32,000 nucleotides of DNA from Arthrobacter sp. ov118 (GTDB lineage: Bacteria > Actinomycetota > Actinomycetes > Actinomycetales > Micrococcaceae), in assembly GCF_900116495.1 (NCBI RefSeq), contig NZ_FPAY01000005.1:163183-195182 (forward strand). Direction: 5' to 3'. A program made the translations under genes and the position numbers. Shown piece after piece: positions 24,458-32,000 of this stretch. Under the pieces are notes generated by a model. The model did not search any database. It was not told where the DNA came from and saw nothing but the letters and a program-made list of their open reading frames with translations. Each line of letters starts with the position of its first letter. Positions within the stretch are counted from its first letter, which is position 1.

Positions 24458-27400
24458 ATGAAGCCTACCCAAAGCGGGTTGTGCATCCAGCTTCTCGGCT
24501 CGTTCATCGTGTACGTCAACGGGAACGCCATCGAGAACAGCCACTGGCGGCTGCAGAAGGCAAAGGCCGTGGTGGCGATGCTGGCGTTGGCGCGTGGTCA
24601 GCGTGGCCGTCGCGAGCAGGTACTGGACCGCCTGTGGCCTGACATGGAGCCGGTGGCCGCCGCACGGAATCTGCATCAGACCCTGTACGTCGCTCGTCGT
24701 ACGCTCGCTGGCGCCGGAGCCGGCAGCGACGGGCTGCTCGCCATCCGCGGTGAAGTGGTCGTGCTGGATGACACTGGCCCGGTCGATGTCGATGTCCTGC
24801 AGTTCGAGCGTTCGGCCGTGGCAGCGTTGGCTGCCGGTGTCGAGGCAGGCCTGCGCGATGCGGCCGACTTGTACAGTGGTGATCTTCTGCCGGAGCTGCC
24901 GGATGCGGATTGGCTGACGACACGCCGCGATGAGCTCCGGGAAATCCATCGCGAGGTACTGGTGAAACTGGCGTCCACGGTGGCGCAGCGCGCACCGGAG
25001 GAAGCGTTGGTCATCCTCACCCATGCGCTCGAATCCGATCCCATCCACGAGGGGGCCGTGCGCGCGCAGATGGTGGTGCTGGCTGGGATGGGCCGGCGGT
25101 CGGAAGCATTGGCACGATATGAGCGGCTGGTCGACGAACTCCTCGACGCGTTCGGGACCGACCCGGACACCCAGACGATGGGACTGTTTCGCGAGTTGTT
25201 GACCGGTTCGCCGCCCGAGGAGCGCCTCCACCGACCCGTCGGCGTGGCCGGCGAAGACGATGCCATCGGTTATCTGCCATCCCCGTTGACAAGCTTCATC
25301 GGGCGCGAGCGTGAGCTCGTTGACGTCGAGCGGCTGATGGGCCATGCTCGCCTGCTCACCCTCACCGGGGCTGGCGGCAGCGGCAAAACCAGACTGGCAT
25401 TGGAGGCCGCGAAGACGGTTCGTCCTGAGTACGTGGACGGAGTCTGGTTTGTCGACCTCGCGGCCGTTGGGGAGTCGCTGCTGGTGGCCGATGCCGTAGC
25501 CGAGGTCCTCGGGTTGGATTCCGGCGCGGCACCAAGCCGCGTGCAAGCGCTGGTCGACCAACTGCGGCGACGCTCGCTGCTCCTCGTGCTGGACAACTGC
25601 GAACACCTGCTCGCGGCCTGTGCGCAACTCGTCGTCGCGTTACTCGACGGATCCCCTGGGGTTAAAGTGCTGGCCACCAGCCGGGAGCCACTCCATGCCG
25701 ACGGAGAGTACACCTACCGGGTGCCGTCATTGCCCCTGCCCTCGCCCCTGCGGACCGACGCTCTCGACCTGGCCGTGCTGGGCCGTCTGCCCTCTGTCCG
25801 TCTTTTCGTTGAGCGGGCAGCGCAGGTCCGGCCGGGTTTCGCGCTCGACGACGACAACGCGCAGGGGGTGACAGAGTTGTGCCGACGGCTCGACGGCATG
25901 CCGCTGGCCCTGGAATTGGCCGCAGCCAGAACCGCCGTACTCGAACCCGCCGAGATCGTCCAGAGATTGGGCGATGCTTTGTCCATGCTCGGCGGGGGAA
26001 CCAGCGGCGTCACGCGGCACCAGACGCTGCGTGGCACCTTGGAATGGAGCCACGAACTGCTCACCAAACCGGAGCAGGTTCTGCTGCGCCGACTGTCTGT
26101 GTTCGCTGGTGGTTTCACCCTCGACGCTGTGGTAGCAGTCTGCGCTGACGCGCCCCTCCAGCAGATCGAACTGCTCGACCTGTTGGCCAAGCTGGTGGAC
26201 AAATCTTTGGTGGTCACCGAAAGGAGGGGCGCCGGGACCCGATACCGGCAATTGGAGACGGTCCGCCAGTTTGGCCACGAGAACCTCGATCATGCAGGTG
26301 AGGCGTCTCAACTGGCGGCTGCGCATTGCGCCTACTTCCTTGCCGTCGCCGAATCCCACAATCCCGAAAGGGCCACCGGGGTGGTCATCGAACAGCCGAA
26401 GGTGCTCGACCGCGAGCACGACAACCTGCGCGCTGCGCTGCGCTGGTCGTGCGCCCACGAGCCCGAGACCGCGCTCCGGCTCGCCGCCAGCCTGTGGCGG
26501 TTCTGGTTCCTCCGCGGTCACGCGGTCGAGGGAGCACGTTGGGTCGAGCGTGCCTTGGCGGTGGCTCCCGACTCGACCCGGCCTCGCGCGGCCGCTCTGA
26601 TCGGCCTGACCGGGCTGGACAGCCGGCAGGGCCGCGGCGATCGGCATCGGGCGCTCGGCGCGGAGGCCCTGGCAATTATGCGGGAGATCGGCAAACCCGA
26701 CGAGGTGGCGATGGCCCGGCTCATTGAGACCTCGCTCGCTTGGAGCACTTTCGACTTGGACGAGGCCGAACAGCTGGCAGCCGACGTGCACACCGAGGCA
26801 GTCGAGGGTGGCAGACCCGAACATTGCGCTGCCAGCAGTTGGCTGCTCGGCCAGTGCGCGTTGTCCCGGGAGGACGGACCGCTCGCCGCCCGTCACCTAA
26901 ACACCTGCCTGAGCGAACTCGCACAGTCTGAGACCAGCACTCCGCCTTTCCTGCCGGTGATCACACCCAGCCTGCAACTGGTCCCGATCGCCGGACGGTG
27001 GGTCCCCTGCGTCGAGGAGACCCTGCTGTTGGGCCGGCGGGTTGGCGTCGTCCAAGCCAAAGGCTACGTGCTGTCCGCGATCGGCTACGCGGCCAGGCTT
27101 TCGAGAGACACGCAGTCTGCGATATCCGTCATCACGGATGCAGCCGAACATTTCGCCGAGTTAGGAGATGACCTGGCTAGGGCGCAAACACTTCACCAAC
27201 TTGGCTGCATTCTGCGCGACTGTGGCGACCACAGCGCGGCCGATGAGGCCCTGTCCTTGGCGCGGGAGCTTCGGCTCGGCCTGGGCGACCGGCGCGGCGA
27301 GCTGCTGACCGAGATTAATATCGCCCTGCTCCGCGCCATGGGTGGTGATATCGACCGCGGCCTGACAGACGCTCGGCGTTGCCTTTCAGGGTTCGAGTCC

Positions 27401-27724
27401 GCGGGAGATCAGGTGGGGATGGGCGCCACGCTGACCATTCTCGGTGCCGCCGAGCTGATCTCCGGGGAGGTCCGGGCAGCGCGGGAAATGTACAGGCAGG
27501 CAGCGGAAAAGGTCGCCCCATGGCGGCGACACACTGGCTGGCAACGGTTGATGGTGGCAGAGCTTTCCAACGAGCTCGGCGACCCGCATCGGGCGGCCCG
27601 CGAAATTGACAGGGCCGGGGCGATTTTCGACCGAACGAGATGCCTCATCGCCGGTCAGCGGCTGGCCGCACTGCGCAGGCGGGACTCGGATGATGATGTT
27701 GAGACGGCGTTGAGTGCTCGTTGA
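24458..27724 (+). CDS. SARP/BTAD-family regulator fused to NB-ARC-type P-loop NTPase and TPR repeats (AfsR-like STAND architecture)
   Basis: An N-terminal OmpR-type winged helix plus BTAD (LLGSFIVYVNG..., LWPDMEPVAAARNLHQTLYVARRTL, GLFRELL) is followed by Walker A (LTGAGGSGKTRLA) and Walker B (LLLVLDNCEH). The C-terminal half is TPR-like. The start could be 24458 or 24425. Confidence 0.8.
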   Translation: MKPTQSGLCIQLLGSFIVYVNGNAIENSHWRLQKAKAVVAMLALARGQRGRREQVLDRLWPDMEPVAAARNLHQTLYVARRTLAGAGAGSDGLLAIRGEVVVLDDTGPVDVDVLQFERSAVAALAAGVEAGLRDAADLYSGDLLPELPDADWLTTRRDELREIHREVLVKLASTVAQRAPEEALVILTHALESDPIHEGAVRAQMVVLAGMGRRSEALARYERLVDELLDAFGTDPDTQTMGLFRELLTGSPPEERLHRPVGVAGEDDAIGYLPSPLTSFIGRERELVDVERLMGHARLLTLTGAGGSGKTRLALEAAKTVRPEYVDGVWFVDLAAVGESLLVADAVAEVLGLDSGAAPSRVQALVDQLRRRSLLLVLDNCEHLLAACAQLVVALLDGSPGVKVLATSREPLHADGEYTYRVPSLPLPSPLRTDALDLAVLGRLPSVRLFVERAAQVRPGFALDDDNAQGVTELCRRLDGMPLALELAAARTAVLEPAEIVQRLGDALSMLGGGTSGVTRHQTLRGTLEWSHELLTKPEQVLLRRLSVFAGGFTLDAVVAVCADAPLQQIELLDLLAKLVDKSLVVTERRGAGTRYRQLETVRQFGHENLDHAGEASQLAAAHCAYFLAVAESHNPERATGVVIEQPKVLDREHDNLRAALRWSCAHEPETALRLAASLWRFWFLRGHAVEGARWVERALAVAPDSTRPRAAALIGLTGLDSRQGRGDRHRALGAEALAIMREIGKPDEVAMARLIETSLAWSTFDLDEAEQLAADVHTEAVEGGRPEHCAASSWLLGQCALSREDGPLAARHLNTCLSELAQSETSTPPFLPVITPSLQLVPIAGRWVPCVEETLLLGRRVGVVQAKGYVLSAIGYAARLSRDTQSAISVITDAAEHFAELGDDLARAQTLHQLGCILRDCGDHSAADEALSLARELRLGLGDRRGELLTEINIALLRAMGGDIDRGLTDARRCLSGFESAGDQVGMGATLTILGAAELISGEVRAAREMYRQAAEKVAPWRRHTGWQRLMVAELSNELGDPHRAAREIDRAGAIFDRTRCLIAGQRLAALRRRDSDDDVETALSAR

Positions 27725-27748
27725 GTACGGTTCACTAGCGTGATTCCT

Positions 27749-27771
27749 GGATCTGACATATGGATCTGACA
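27749..27771 (+). promoter_or_regulatory. Tandem direct repeat GGATCTGACA-tat-GGATCTGACA (13-nt period) upstream of the FAD oxidase gene
   Basis: Two perfect 10-mers lie in the 75-nt gap between the SARP-type regulator and the next gene, 29 nt upstream of the GTG at 27800. The binding-site role is inferred. Confidence 0.4.
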
Positions 27772-27799
27772 AACAAACAGCAATCAGGAGGAACGCATC

Positions 27800-29206
27800 G
27801 TGACAACGACGCAGACTAGGCCGACCCGCATCGGCGAGGCCACCATCGCCGAGTTCGCCGCCGGCCTGCGCGGCAAGGTCGTCCGGCCCGGGGACGCGGA
27901 CTACGACCACGAACGCAGCATCTGGAACGGTGCCCACGACCGGCGCCCGACGCTCATCGCACGCTGTGCGGGTGTGGCAGATGTGATACGCACGGTCGAT
28001 CTCGCGCGCAGCGAGGGGTTGCCGTTGTCGGTTCGCGGCGGTGGCCATTCGATCCCCGGGTTTTCCACCGTCGACGACGGTATCGTGCTGGACCTTTCGC
28101 TGATGAAGGGGGTCCAGGTGGACCCTGCCCGCCGCCGCGTGGCGGCCCAGGCAGGGTGTACCTGGAAGGACATGGATGCAGAGACCCAGCAATTCGGGCT
28201 TGCGGTGACCGGTGGCCTGGTTTCCTCGACCGGCATCGCCGGCTTCACCACCGGCGGCGGCATCGGCTGGCTCGTGCGCAAGCACGGGCTGGCCAGCGAC
28301 AACCTGGTCGGCGCCGACGTCGTCACCGCCGACGGGCAGTTTATTCACGCCAGTGCCAACGAGCACCCCGATTTGTTCTGGGGACTGCGCGGCGGCGGCG
28401 GCAATTTCGGTGTGGTGACGTCCTTCGACTTTCAGTTGCACGAAGTGGGGCCTATCGTCCTTTCCGGCCTGGTTTTCTACCCTGCAGAAGAAGCGGAGCA
28501 GGTGTTGCGCGGTTATCGGGCGGCCTGCGCCGCGGCCCCCGATGAGCTGACCACGCTGGTCAACATGACCATGGCGCCACCGGTCCCGTTCCTGCCAGAA
28601 TCAGTGCACGGCAAGCCAGTCATCGCTGTGGGAGGGTGCTGGTCCGGCGATCTCGATGCCGGCGAGGCCGCCACCGCGCCCTTCCGGTCATTGGGCACGG
28701 TCATCGCCGATGTGTTCGCGGCCAACCCGTACGCCGGATGGCAGCAGGCGCTCGATCCGCTGTACCCGCGGGGCGTGCACAACTATTTCCGCTCCGCATT
28801 TCTGCGCGCCGCCGACGACGGGTCCGTGCGCGTGCTGCTGGACTCGTTTGCGGCATTGCCCAACGCCATGACGCAGATTCACCTGCACCACCTTGGCGGC
28901 GCGGTCGGCCGGGTTCCGGCCGAAGCAACGGCCTTCGCACTCCGCGACCAGGAATTCATCGTCAATGTCATTGCGCGCACGCCGACGGCGGAAGGCTTCG
29001 CGGATGTCGTCGAATGGGCCCGGGGCGTGACGTCCGCGCTCGGTCCGGATGTGGCGGCCTACGTGAATTTCACAGGTGAAGCGAATACGACGCTCGTCCG
29101 GGCGTCGTACCCGGCGGATACCTACCGGCGGCTCGTGGAACTGAAAAACGAATACGACCCCGCCAATCTATTCCGGTTGAACCAGAACATCGTCCCCACG
29201 GTGTGA
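27800..29206 (+). CDS. FAD-binding PCMH-type oxidoreductase with berberine-bridge-enzyme-like C-terminus
   Basis: 468 aa with a GTG start and AGGAGG upstream. It has an FAD-binding-4 domain (RGGGHSIPGFS, GGGIGWLVRKHGL, LFWGLRGGGGNFGVVT) and a BBE tail (LVELKNEYDPANLFRLNQNI). Confidence 0.85.
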   Translation: MTTTQTRPTRIGEATIAEFAAGLRGKVVRPGDADYDHERSIWNGAHDRRPTLIARCAGVADVIRTVDLARSEGLPLSVRGGGHSIPGFSTVDDGIVLDLSLMKGVQVDPARRRVAAQAGCTWKDMDAETQQFGLAVTGGLVSSTGIAGFTTGGGIGWLVRKHGLASDNLVGADVVTADGQFIHASANEHPDLFWGLRGGGGNFGVVTSFDFQLHEVGPIVLSGLVFYPAEEAEQVLRGYRAACAAAPDELTTLVNMTMAPPVPFLPESVHGKPVIAVGGCWSGDLDAGEAATAPFRSLGTVIADVFAANPYAGWQQALDPLYPRGVHNYFRSAFLRAADDGSVRVLLDSFAALPNAMTQIHLHHLGGAVGRVPAEATAFALRDQEFIVNVIARTPTAEGFADVVEWARGVTSALGPDVAAYVNFTGEANTTLVRASYPADTYRRLVELKNEYDPANLFRLNQNIVPTV

Positions 29207-29282
29207 CAGCACTGCCTGCGTGAGAAGTGGATGATCGACCGAGGATCCGGAAGCAACCTGACAGCCCGCGCCAGAGGGTTGA

Positions 29283-29320
29283 GGCAGGAAGATCCCCGGG
29301 TTTCCGGGGATCTTCCTGCC
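29283..29320. repeat. Perfect 17-bp inverted repeat (hairpin, 4-nt loop)
   Basis: GGCAGGAAGATCCCCGG-gttt-CCGGGGATCTTCCTGCC lies between the FAD oxidase stop and the transposase remnant. It could be a terminator or an IS-associated structure. Confidence 0.6.
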
Positions 29321-29335
29321 GGTCTCGTGGGGGAT

Positions 29336-29554
29336 GACGAGGTCCTTCAGGTGTGCGGGATCGGTGTTCGTGCACTGCTGGAGGAGCCGGTAGAACAGCA
29401 GCCCGCGGCTGGCCGAGGTGCGGCGGTTGAAGCGGAAGGTGAACTCGTCCAGGTAGTAGGCCAGCTGCTCCCGGGAGACGCCCTGGTGCCGTTCTTCTGA
29501 GACGTCACAAACCAGACCGCGGCAAAGTGCCCATAGTCCCTTGACGCACGGCAA
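29336..29554 (-). mobile_element. IS1595-family transposase C-terminal remnant (truncated, no intact upstream DDE domain)
   Basis: The translation HQGVSREQLAYYLDEFTFRFNRRTSASRGLLFYRLLQQCTNTDPAHLKDLV matches the conserved HL-x-x-YLDEF-x-FRFNRR tail of IS1595-family transposases. The upstream sequence is interrupted by stops and frame changes. Confidence 0.6.
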
Positions 29555-29741
29555 GCACCGGACGCAAAGTTCACACGAGGGCCATGCCTGAGATGGCCGC
29601 TAACCGTCCGGGCCCAGCCCTCTTGCCGCAACAGCCGCTGCACGGCGGACCGTACTGCATCCCTTGAGCTCTTCCCAGCCGGAGCCGATCGCCGTCGGCT
29701 CCGGGAGCGCTCCGGTCACCTCTTGGACAGGAGAAACAACG

Positions 29742-30326
29742 ATGGATTTCGAGCAAACACCCCCAGGCCCAAAGACGGTAACTGCGGCTAAGGCCGCCAA
29801 AGACGCGGCCCGGGCGGCCTCTGCGTCGCCTAAGAAGGTTTCTTACGGCGCTCAGGACCGCAGAGGACCGCTACTGTGGAATTCAGGTCTGGAAATGCTC
29901 ACCAACCGGACCCGCCTGCCGGGACAGCCAGCCACTGCAGGCATGAACCTGTTCTACGAGGACCTTGAGTGGAATACTTTCTTCGGCCCGGGCGATCCCT
30001 CGGGGATCATTCCGAAGGACACGGATCAGATTCCGCCTAGAAATATGGCTAATGCAGGCCGGCTGATTCTGCCGTGGTGCTCGAATTCGCAAGAGGTCCG
30101 CCAGAAGGCCATTCTTGTCTACCGTCTTGGGGAGGACCTGGATACGATCGAAGATCCCTTCCTGTACCTCTTCCAGTATTACTGGGACAACGTGGGGTAT
30201 TTTTTGCCGGTCACCTTTGGATCATTTTTCGAGAAGGTCTCTATGGGTGAGGGGCCCAGCTCATCCCTCAATGTGGACTTCATCCTCGGCCCTTCAGGAG
30301 ACCTGGTTGCCAGGGCATGGGCTTAG
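29742..30326 (+). CDS. Hypothetical protein (194 aa), compositionally atypical
   Basis: The ATG is preceded by AGGAGA. The ORF is long for a locally lower-GC stretch, with many A/T-ending codons (aat, att, tat, ttt, gat) unlike neighbouring genes. I recognise no family. Confidence 0.5.
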   Translation: MDFEQTPPGPKTVTAAKAAKDAARAASASPKKVSYGAQDRRGPLLWNSGLEMLTNRTRLPGQPATAGMNLFYEDLEWNTFFGPGDPSGIIPKDTDQIPPRNMANAGRLILPWCSNSQEVRQKAILVYRLGEDLDTIEDPFLYLFQYYWDNVGYFLPVTFGSFFEKVSMGEGPSSSLNVDFILGPSGDLVARAWA

Positions 30327-30927
30327 GGGCCTAGCCGGAGCGCGGCCCGGCCCCTGCCAATCACTAAAGGAGTCGGCAAGGTGTCCGGAGACTGGGTCGA
30401 GTATCGAGGCTCTCGCAGAGGGGAAAGGATGAGATGCGAGTTGGCGGCAAGCCCGGCGGCCCCCGACACTGCACTTCCCCCACCCGGCCAGGACTGCCGC
30501 CACTATGAACACCGCACCCCGTCCCTGGCGCCGGCTCATGGATCCACACCCTGGGTAGCATCGTCCGCAGCCCACCTGATGCGCGGATCTTCAAGGCAAA
30601 GAAGACGATTAGCTCAAGGGGCAGGGCAGCCACCCAGAGAACCAGGGTGAGGACTCATACAGCGTATTCGCCATGGGCCACTCCCCCCCGCGCATTGGGA
30701 TCCGCTGTCAATTTTCGAACTCGTCCGCACTGATAACCCCCCAGAATTACGGGGGTAGTGCACACGGGTATGGACAGGCAGTCTCCGAGCCCGTTTGCGC
30801 CCCGATCGCTGTTGTTCCCGTTGCTGTTGCTGGCCCAATGAAGGTTCCAAGGACGTAGCGCGCGCTCTTGAAATGCGAAGGGGCTGGACGTCAGATGGTG
30901 TCAGACAACCACACCAAGGAGGCCACC

Positions 30928-31314
30928 ATGACGGTCACTTTCAACCACACCATCGTCTACGCAACAGACAAGCGCCGTTCGGCGAAGTTCCTGGTCAACG
31001 TACTCGGGCTCCCGGAACCCCAAGCCATGTGGTCTTTCATGACCGTACCCCTTGACCATGGAGTAGCCCTCGATTTCGCCACGACGGACCGGCCCATCTC
31101 CCCGCAGCACTACGCCTTCCTGGTCAGCGAGGAGGACTTCGACGGAATCTTCGCAAGGATCCAGGCCGAAGGCATCCCCTACTGGGCAGACCCGGGACGG
31201 TCCCGCCCACAACAGATCAACCACAACGACGGCGGACGCGGCGTCTACTTCACGGATCCTGACGGACATTTCCTCGAGGCGATCACGCGTCCGTATGGAT
31301 CGGGTGCTGCATGA
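30928..31314 (+). CDS. VOC (glyoxalase/bleomycin-resistance/dioxygenase) family protein
   Basis: The ATG is preceded by AAGGAGG. The 128-aa product has a VOC-like pattern (FNHTIVYATD...HYAFLVSEEDFD...GGRGVYFTDPDGHFLE). Confidence 0.8.
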   Translation: MTVTFNHTIVYATDKRRSAKFLVNVLGLPEPQAMWSFMTVPLDHGVALDFATTDRPISPQHYAFLVSEEDFDGIFARIQAEGIPYWADPGRSRPQQINHNDGGRGVYFTDPDGHFLEAITRPYGSGAA

Positions 31315-31903
31315 TTCCCCGTTACCAAGTTTCGCCGTTTTCAATCCGGGCGTGTGCGGAGCCCAGTGTCGGATGTCCAGCGCACTGACATCAGCAACGT
31401 CTGGCCATAGCCCTCGCCGCCCTCGTCCCCCTGGTCCCCCATGATGGATCCTTTGGTTCCTGCCCCTCTTCGCCGTCATCGGCATTCCCGAAGGGTAGCA
31501 GTCTGCGCTCTGACCATCTTTTCCGTCGCAGCAGGCATGCACCTGATCTTCCTAGACCCAAAAACCAAACCACCGTTCAAAACCACCAGCAGAGACCACC
31601 TGCAGGAACCCGCGCATGAGCTAATGGAGCAGCCGGCGACGCCGAAGCCATCAGCAGGCAGGCAGCCCTCCTCAGGCAGGTGACAGCGCCTGTCCGTGTC
31701 GAACCCCGGAATCCCCGACGCTCCTGACACCCCTTGGAAAACCACCCGATCGTCTCTTTAATCGATCCTTTATCAAGACGGAACGGCCGGTTCATCGGAG
31801 GTTTGTGGAGTTCAGCGCTTGGTTGAAGCCCTTCCAGAGTTACTGGAGCGGCTGTCCGGGCGCTGGGTTGACCAGTGATGCCCCGCGCACGAGAATGCGA
31901 ACC

Positions 31904-32000
31904 ATGAGTGATCATCGCGGCCTTTCCGAGCCGGCTCCGTTCACTGCCGATGACTTCGCCCAGCGGCTGCGGCGTGCAGCCCATGCCGCCCAAGATGCCG
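31904..32000 (+). CDS. Start of a CDS running out of the window (N-terminus resembles M24 peptidase/creatinase-type proteins)
   Basis: The ATG at 31904 opens MSDHRGLSEPAPFTADDFAQRLRRAAHAAQDA, which stays open to the window end. Only 32 codons are visible. Confidence 0.3.
   Translation, partial: MSDHRGLSEPAPFTADDFAQRLRRAAHAAQDA

Noticed and set aside
27386-27405. A GGGTTCGAGTCCGCGGG string resembling a tRNA T-arm.
   Set aside because: It lies inside the well-supported SARP/TPR coding frame, where it encodes SGFESAGDQ. No acceptor or anticodon arms surround it.
30294-30539. A minus-strand ORF beginning MSRRQGRGAVFIVAAVLAGWG (signal/TM-like), considered as a small membrane protein.
   Set aside because: It has no convincing ribosome-binding site and overlaps the 3' end of the plus-strand orphan gene. 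The remainder is Arg/Pro/Gly-rich and looks non-coding.
1-32000. CRISPR arrays, rRNA genes, intact insertion sequences, integrases, and toxin-antitoxin or obvious phage-defence gene pairs.
   Set aside because: I saw no regularly spaced repeat arrays, no rRNA-like stretches, and no ORFs with recombinase, DDE (other than the IS1595 tail) or defence-system hallmarks while reading both strands.

Overview
High-GC actinobacterial-type DNA; an Arthrobacter/Micrococcales-like origin is only an inference from protein style and codon bias. The window is a mosaic of accessory modules.

(1) 1-5.8 kb: the end of a type-B carboxylesterase, then a putative electrophile/quinone-detox set. It holds an MDR quinone-oxidoreductase-like gene, a decayed alpha/beta-hydrolase, and an OYE flavin reductase plus SDR operon divergent from a TetR gene. 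A related palindromic operator core lies at two of its promoters.

(2) 6.1-11.5 kb: a GAF/AAA+-like/Fis-HTH (AcoR/MimR-like) regulator divergent from a translationally coupled amidohydrolase, DUF59-domain and Zn-alcohol-dehydrogenase operon. A 5'-truncated membrane-protein remnant and an ABM-domain gene follow.

(3) 11.7-12.7 kb: a DinB/mycothiol-dependent-isomerase-like gene and a terminator-capped, tRNA-3'-end-like non-coding segment.

(4) 12.9-22.8 kb: a self-contained selenocysteine unit. It comprises a Tat-signal formate dehydrogenase alpha subunit with an in-frame TGA and a downstream SECIS-like hairpin, an Fe-S subunit, an NrfD-type membrane subunit, and then selD, tRNA-Sec (selC), selA and selB.

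(5) 23-29.2 kb: a GH43 glycosidase, a 523-nt structured intergenic region, and a 1,088-aa SARP/BTAD-NB-ARC-TPR (STAND-type) regulator. This is followed by tandem 10-bp repeats and a BBE-like FAD oxidase.

(6) 29.2-32 kb: an IS1595-family transposase remnant, a compositionally atypical orphan gene, about 600 nt with no convincing gene, a VOC/glyoxalase gene and the start of another CDS.

I saw no CRISPR array, rRNA, integrase or intact IS. Most long antisense ORFs in the track are high-GC artefacts.

The candidates I rank highest for follow-up are the orphan amidohydrolase-DUF59-ADH operon with its degenerate enhancer-binding-protein-like regulator, and the possibly island-borne selenocysteine/FDH unit abutting a displaced tRNA 3' fragment.
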